The translations under genes and the position numbers were made by a program. Under the pieces are notes generated by a model. It was not told the origin of the DNA, searched no databases, and saw only the letters and a list, made by a program, of their open reading frames with translations. Below, piece by piece: positions 61,201 through 64,000 of a DNA stretch of 64,000 nt. Where the stretch lies: contig CBDFLE010000006.1 in NCBI GenBank assembly GCA_965248925.1, forward strand, positions 2,080,001 through 2,144,000. Direction: 5' to 3'. How positions within the stretch are numbered: the first letter of the stretch is position 1; each line of letters opens with the position of its first letter. Source of the stretch: Candidatus Multivoradales bacterium. Lineage in GTDB: Bacteria > Acidobacteriota > Thermoanaerobaculia > Multivoradales > J023.

Positions 61201-61301
61201 GCCACTACCGGCTGCTCGAAGAGCTCAATGTGCGGCCCTCCGTGGGCTATTTGCGGCGAGTCCGACATCGCCACCAGGATCAGGAGACTCACCATGGCTG
61301 A
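58221..61301 (+). CDS. actB: Alternative complex III subunit B (molybdopterin-oxidoreductase-like domain fused to Fe-S domains, Tat-exported)
   Basis: 'RRDFLK'; 'GRPIKIEGN', 'LQELPDPITKVVWDNY'; Fe-S motifs 'CTGCSACTLAC', 'CHHCDNAPCETVCP', 'CVGTRYCANNCPY', 'MEKCSFC'. Confidence 0.88.
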   Translation: MSHRDPSTPSSWQNLDELRPESLAVDPAERPKAAALAVDRRDFLKASGFSLAMSLAAGCQRTPVEKAIPFLVQPEEVVPGRPLFYASTCAGCTAGCGVLVKCRDGRPIKIEGNAEHPLSKGGLCAVGQAAPLGLYDAHRLSGPLKGGAPADWDEVDRQISQQLDRLAATGGRVRLLTETLNGPTEQGATDRFLSRFADAEHVVYDPLSRSAIAQAHRYSDGKALLPRYRFDRAEVIVSFAADFLGTWISPVEHTAGYRSGRDLQGKPPRLSHHVQIEGRLSLTGSNADRRMVKSPAEISALLQALATAVEQHSGGGHGTRDSHSSGAGHAELASELADRLWQAAGKSLVVCGSQHLADQVATRRINQLLGNYGSTLDIEQPSRQKLGDDLRLTELIRDLTVGAIDALLIRGVNPVYDLAGDPRLATAIAEVPLVVSFATHRDETARLAAFVCPELHPLESWRDAEPVAGLVSVTQPTIRPLGESRDFIASLARWTGEPATAREQMRRTWQQQIFPRRRAEAASDFERFWDQSVHDGFVKLEAALAPTAVAELVANPELASSPLAPSSTEAGVFTLLLYPKVALLDGRHAENPFLQELPDPITKVVWDNYASLSPRAADELGVAQGDVVRLRAEDENGDEAAELELPVLVQPGQHDRVVAVALGYGRVGTERFSDVGPRWLEGRPTVAPGEQVGGNAATLATPTMGQRLSHREGVRLESTGGRHPLASTQSYHSLDMPSGLEPASGEPRPIVQETVLAAYQADPGAGAPHAHHIEGDLWPEHEYEGHHWGMAIDLNACTGCSACTLACQLENNVPVVGKDEVARRRDMHWLRLDRYYRGDPEASESLNIVHQPMLCHHCDNAPCETVCPVLATVHSSEGLNQQVYNRCVGTRYCANNCPYKVRRFNWFNYPHTDLMQNLALNPDVVVRSRGVMEKCSFCVQRIQAAKQEAKQQRRELLDGDIQPACQQSCPAQAITFGDLADPQSQVAQQVADPRHYRLLEELNVRPSVGYLRRVRHRHQDQETHHG

Positions 61302-62682
61302 TCATTCCGGCGCCATTGTGTCGACACCCGGCGTGGCAGTACCCGGCGCGGCAAGGCTGCGCCCGCCGCTGATCGCCGGCGGCAAGTCGCTGGCGGAGGT
61401 GACCGCTGATATCAGCCGGCCCCTAGAACGCCGCGCCGGTCCCCTGTGGTGGGCCGCTTTCTTGCCCTCCCTGGCTTTCTTGTTGCTCGGCGCGGTGGCG
61501 GTGACCTACCAGATCCGCACCGGCATCGGCACTTGGGGGCTCAACAAGACCGTCGGCTGGGCTTTCGACATCACTAACTTCGTTTTCTGGGTCGGCATTG
61601 GCCATGCCGGTACGCTGATCTCGGCGGTGCTCTTCCTGCTCCGCCAGCGCTGGCGTACCTCGGTCAATCGTTCCGCCGAAGCGATGACCCTCTTTGCCGT
61701 GATGTGCGCCGGGCTGTTCCCGATCATCCACATGGGCCGACCCTGGCTAGCCTTCTGGATGCTGCCTTACCCGAACGCGCGGGGTTCCTTGTGGGTCAAC
61801 TTCCGCTCGCCGTTGCTGTGGGATGTGTTCGCCATTAGCGTCTACTTCATCATCTCAGCGACGTTCTGGTACCTCGGCCTGATCCCCGACCTGGCAACCT
61901 TGCGCGATCGCCTGAAGAAGGGCCGGCGGCAGCGCTTGTTCGCCTTCGCCAGCATGGGCTGGAGTGGTTCGTTCAAAACCTGGCAGCGCTACGAGCTGGT
62001 CTATCTCCTGCTCGCCGGGCTGGCAACGCCGCTGGTGTTGTCGGTGCACTCGATTGTCAGCTTCGACTTTGCCACCTCGATCTTGCCCGGTTGGCATACC
62101 ACCATCTTGCCGCCTTACTTTGTCGCCGGGGCGATCTTCTCCGGCATGTCGATGGTGCTGACTTTGATGATCATCGCCCGCAAGACGATGCGTCTCGACG
62201 ATTACTTGACCGACAACCACATCGACTCGATGACCAAGCTGGTGCTGGTGACTTCGCTGATGGTCGGCCTGGCCTACACCACCGAATTCTTCACCGCTCT
62301 GTTCTCGGGCAACGAGTACGAGCGCTTCGCCTTCCTCAACCGTGCCCTGGGCCCCTTCGCCTGGGCCTACTGGATCATGGTGAGTTGCAACGTGCTGGTA
62401 CCGCAACTGTTCTGGTTCCGCCGGCTGCGGCGCAACTTGCTGGTGGTGTTCATCGCTTCGATCTTGATCAACGTCGGCATGTGGTTCGAACGCTTTGTGA
62501 TTATCGTCATCTCCCTGTCGCGAGATTTCCTGCCCTCGAGTTGGGCCAGCTATTCACCGACCTGGGTCGAGCTTGCCACCCTGGCCGGTAGCTTCGGCCT
62601 GTTCTTCACCTGCTTCCTGCTCTTCTGTCGCTTCCTGCCAATGATCGCCATGGCGGAAGTCAAAGGAGTGTTGAAGTCATGA
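61294..62682 (+). CDS. actC: Alternative complex III subunit C (NrfD/PsrC family)
   Basis: 'WAFDITNFVFWVGIGHAGTLISA', 'NFRSPLLWDVFA', 'SVHSIVSFDFA', 'MWFERFVI'; AGGAG RBS before ATG 61294. Confidence 0.9.
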   Translation: MADHSGAIVSTPGVAVPGAARLRPPLIAGGKSLAEVTADISRPLERRAGPLWWAAFLPSLAFLLLGAVAVTYQIRTGIGTWGLNKTVGWAFDITNFVFWVGIGHAGTLISAVLFLLRQRWRTSVNRSAEAMTLFAVMCAGLFPIIHMGRPWLAFWMLPYPNARGSLWVNFRSPLLWDVFAISVYFIISATFWYLGLIPDLATLRDRLKKGRRQRLFAFASMGWSGSFKTWQRYELVYLLLAGLATPLVLSVHSIVSFDFATSILPGWHTTILPPYFVAGAIFSGMSMVLTLMIIARKTMRLDDYLTDNHIDSMTKLVLVTSLMVGLAYTTEFFTALFSGNEYERFAFLNRALGPFAWAYWIMVSCNVLVPQLFWFRRLRRNLLVVFIASILINVGMWFERFVIIVISLSRDFLPSSWASYSPTWVELATLAGSFGLFFTCFLLFCRFLPMIAMAEVKGVLKS

Positions 62683-63242
62683 GTAAAGAAGTCATGTTTC
62701 ATCCCCATCCTTTACATCGGCATCTCGTCAGTATCTTCGACAACGAGACTGATCTGCTGGCGGCGGTGGACCACCTGCACCGCGAGGGGCTCACCATCGC
62801 CGATATTCAGACCCCCTACCCGGTTCACGGCTTGGAGCGGGCAGCTGGCCTGCGCCGCAGCCGCCTGGGCTGGGTGTGCGCTATCGCCGGTCTGTCGGCG
62901 GCAGTGGCCATGCTCGGCTTCCAGACCTGGGTGTCGGCGGTTTCCTGGCCAATCAATGTGGGCGGCAAACCATTCGCCTCGACCCCGGCCTTCGTGCCGG
63001 TGATGTTCGAAGTCGGCGTGCTGGTGGGCGGACTCAGTTCGGTGCTGGCCCTATTCATCTCCAGCCGCATGTTCCCCGGCAAGAAAGCCAAACTGGCGGC
63101 GCCGGGAGTCACCGACGACCGCTTCGTGGTGGTGCTTGAGCTGGCCAATGTTGAACACACCCGCGCTCGGGCGGTGGAACTCTGCCACCAGCACAACGCG
63201 GTGCGAGTGGAAGACCCAGCACCGCTGGGAGGTCAGCGATGA
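62679..63242 (+). CDS. actD: Alternative complex III subunit D (DUF3341)
   Basis: 'TPYPVHGL', 'WPINVGGKP...PAFVPVMFE', 'TDDRF'. Confidence 0.88.
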   Translation: MSKEVMFHPHPLHRHLVSIFDNETDLLAAVDHLHREGLTIADIQTPYPVHGLERAAGLRRSRLGWVCAIAGLSAAVAMLGFQTWVSAVSWPINVGGKPFASTPAFVPVMFEVGVLVGGLSSVLALFISSRMFPGKKAKLAAPGVTDDRFVVVLELANVEHTRARAVELCHQHNAVRVEDPAPLGGQR

Positions 63243-63880
63243 GTGGCACAATAGCGCTCAACCGCCTTCTGGTGATCGTGCTCGCGGCGCTGATCGCCCT
63301 GAACTGGGGGCTGGCCAGGGATAGCAGCGAACGGGGGGTGGAGTTCATGCCCGAGATGGCGCGAGCGATCCCCGCCGAGTCCTACGCCGCCAACGCGGTC
63401 TTGGCCAACTCGATGACCTTGCAGCAACCGCCGGCTGGAGCCATCGCCAGGGGCTGGCTGCCGCTGCATTTGACCGCGTCGCCAGCAGACGCCCTGCGCG
63501 CCAGCCAGGAACTCAGCAACCCGTTCACAGGCGATGACCCAGCTGGCGTAGAGCGTGGTGAGTCAATCTTCGCCCGCTATTGCGTGCTATGCCACGGACC
63601 CAGCGGCGAGGGAGACGGACCGGTGGCCCAACGCGGCTTTCCGGCGCCACCCTCATTGCTCGACGCCCACGCCCAAGCGATGGGCGATGGCCAGCTCTTC
63701 CACATCATCACCTTCGGTCAAGGCAACATGCCGGGCCACGCCGCGCAACTCGACCGCGCCGACCGCTGGCGGGCGGTGCTCAGGATTCGCCAGCTGCAAG
63801 CCGCCGCCGGCCCGGCACCGGATGCCACCGTCAATATCGCCGCCACGACCGACGAAACCGTCTCTGGAGACCAGCCATGA
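63239..63880 (+). CDS. actE: Alternative complex III monohaem cytochrome c subunit E
   Basis: 'FMPEM', 'PPAGAIARG', CVLCH, 'DGQLFHIITFGQGNMP', 'DRWRAV'. Confidence 0.86.
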   Translation: MSGTIALNRLLVIVLAALIALNWGLARDSSERGVEFMPEMARAIPAESYAANAVLANSMTLQQPPAGAIARGWLPLHLTASPADALRASQELSNPFTGDDPAGVERGESIFARYCVLCHGPSGEGDGPVAQRGFPAPPSLLDAHAQAMGDGQLFHIITFGQGNMPGHAAQLDRADRWRAVLRIRQLQAAAGPAPDATVNIAATTDETVSGDQP

Positions 63881-64000
63881 TCGCCGAGTCTCGACTCGTC
63901 ACGGCGAGCCGTACCGAGCGCTCCTTGTGGCAGCCGCTCACCATCGCCGGCCTGGTGTTGTTCATCGGTGGTGCCATCCTGACTCCGGATCGCCTCGGGC
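63877..64000 (+). CDS. Probable alternative complex III subunit F, start only (runs off the window)
   Basis: ATGA overlap; MIAESRLVTASRTERSLWQPLTIAGLVLFIGGAILTPDR...; expected position after actE. Confidence 0.6.
   Translation, partial: MIAESRLVTASRTERSLWQPLTIAGLVLFIGGAILTPDRLG

Overview
GC-rich bacterial chromosome window. The gene content (GWxTD/VWA protein, sulfatase-like-TPR protein, CRTAC1/ASPIC-UnbV lipoproteins, alternative complex III) suggests Acidobacteriota, possibly Thermoanaerobaculia; this is inference only. Intact loci: VWA protein, yhaM-like HD nuclease, acyl-CoA ligase, a four-gene secreted-protein operon (11.2-7.2 kb), a peptidase S51/esterase/ATP-grasp trio, anthraniloyl-CoA monooxygenase plus tryptophan 2,3-dioxygenase, carotenoid oxygenase, acyl-CoA dehydrogenase, a porin, two large FG-GAP lipoproteins, and a >15 kb Rrf2-cytochrome c-narGHJI-narK-actABCDE(F) respiratory operon that runs off the right end. 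Between them lie decaying accessory patches: ISL3, several pseudogenes, six toxin-antitoxin loci, an HNH-ATPase gene and a sigma-54 fibre/metalloprotease/HEAT operon. Main findings: (1) a probable unannotated selenoprotein, in which an in-frame UGA at 31001 is followed by a SECIS-like hairpin and joins an FG-GAP/ASPIC lipoprotein to a thioredoxin-like domain; (2) an operon that seems to split the 'PVELxxF' Ig-like domain between a secreted cargo protein and a separate acceptor protein (possible donor-strand complementation); (3) four promoters sharing an ATGAC-N4-GTCATA box at identical class-II spacing, i.e. a CRP/FNR-family regulon visible directly in the sequence. All family assignments come from motif recognition by eye, not database searches.
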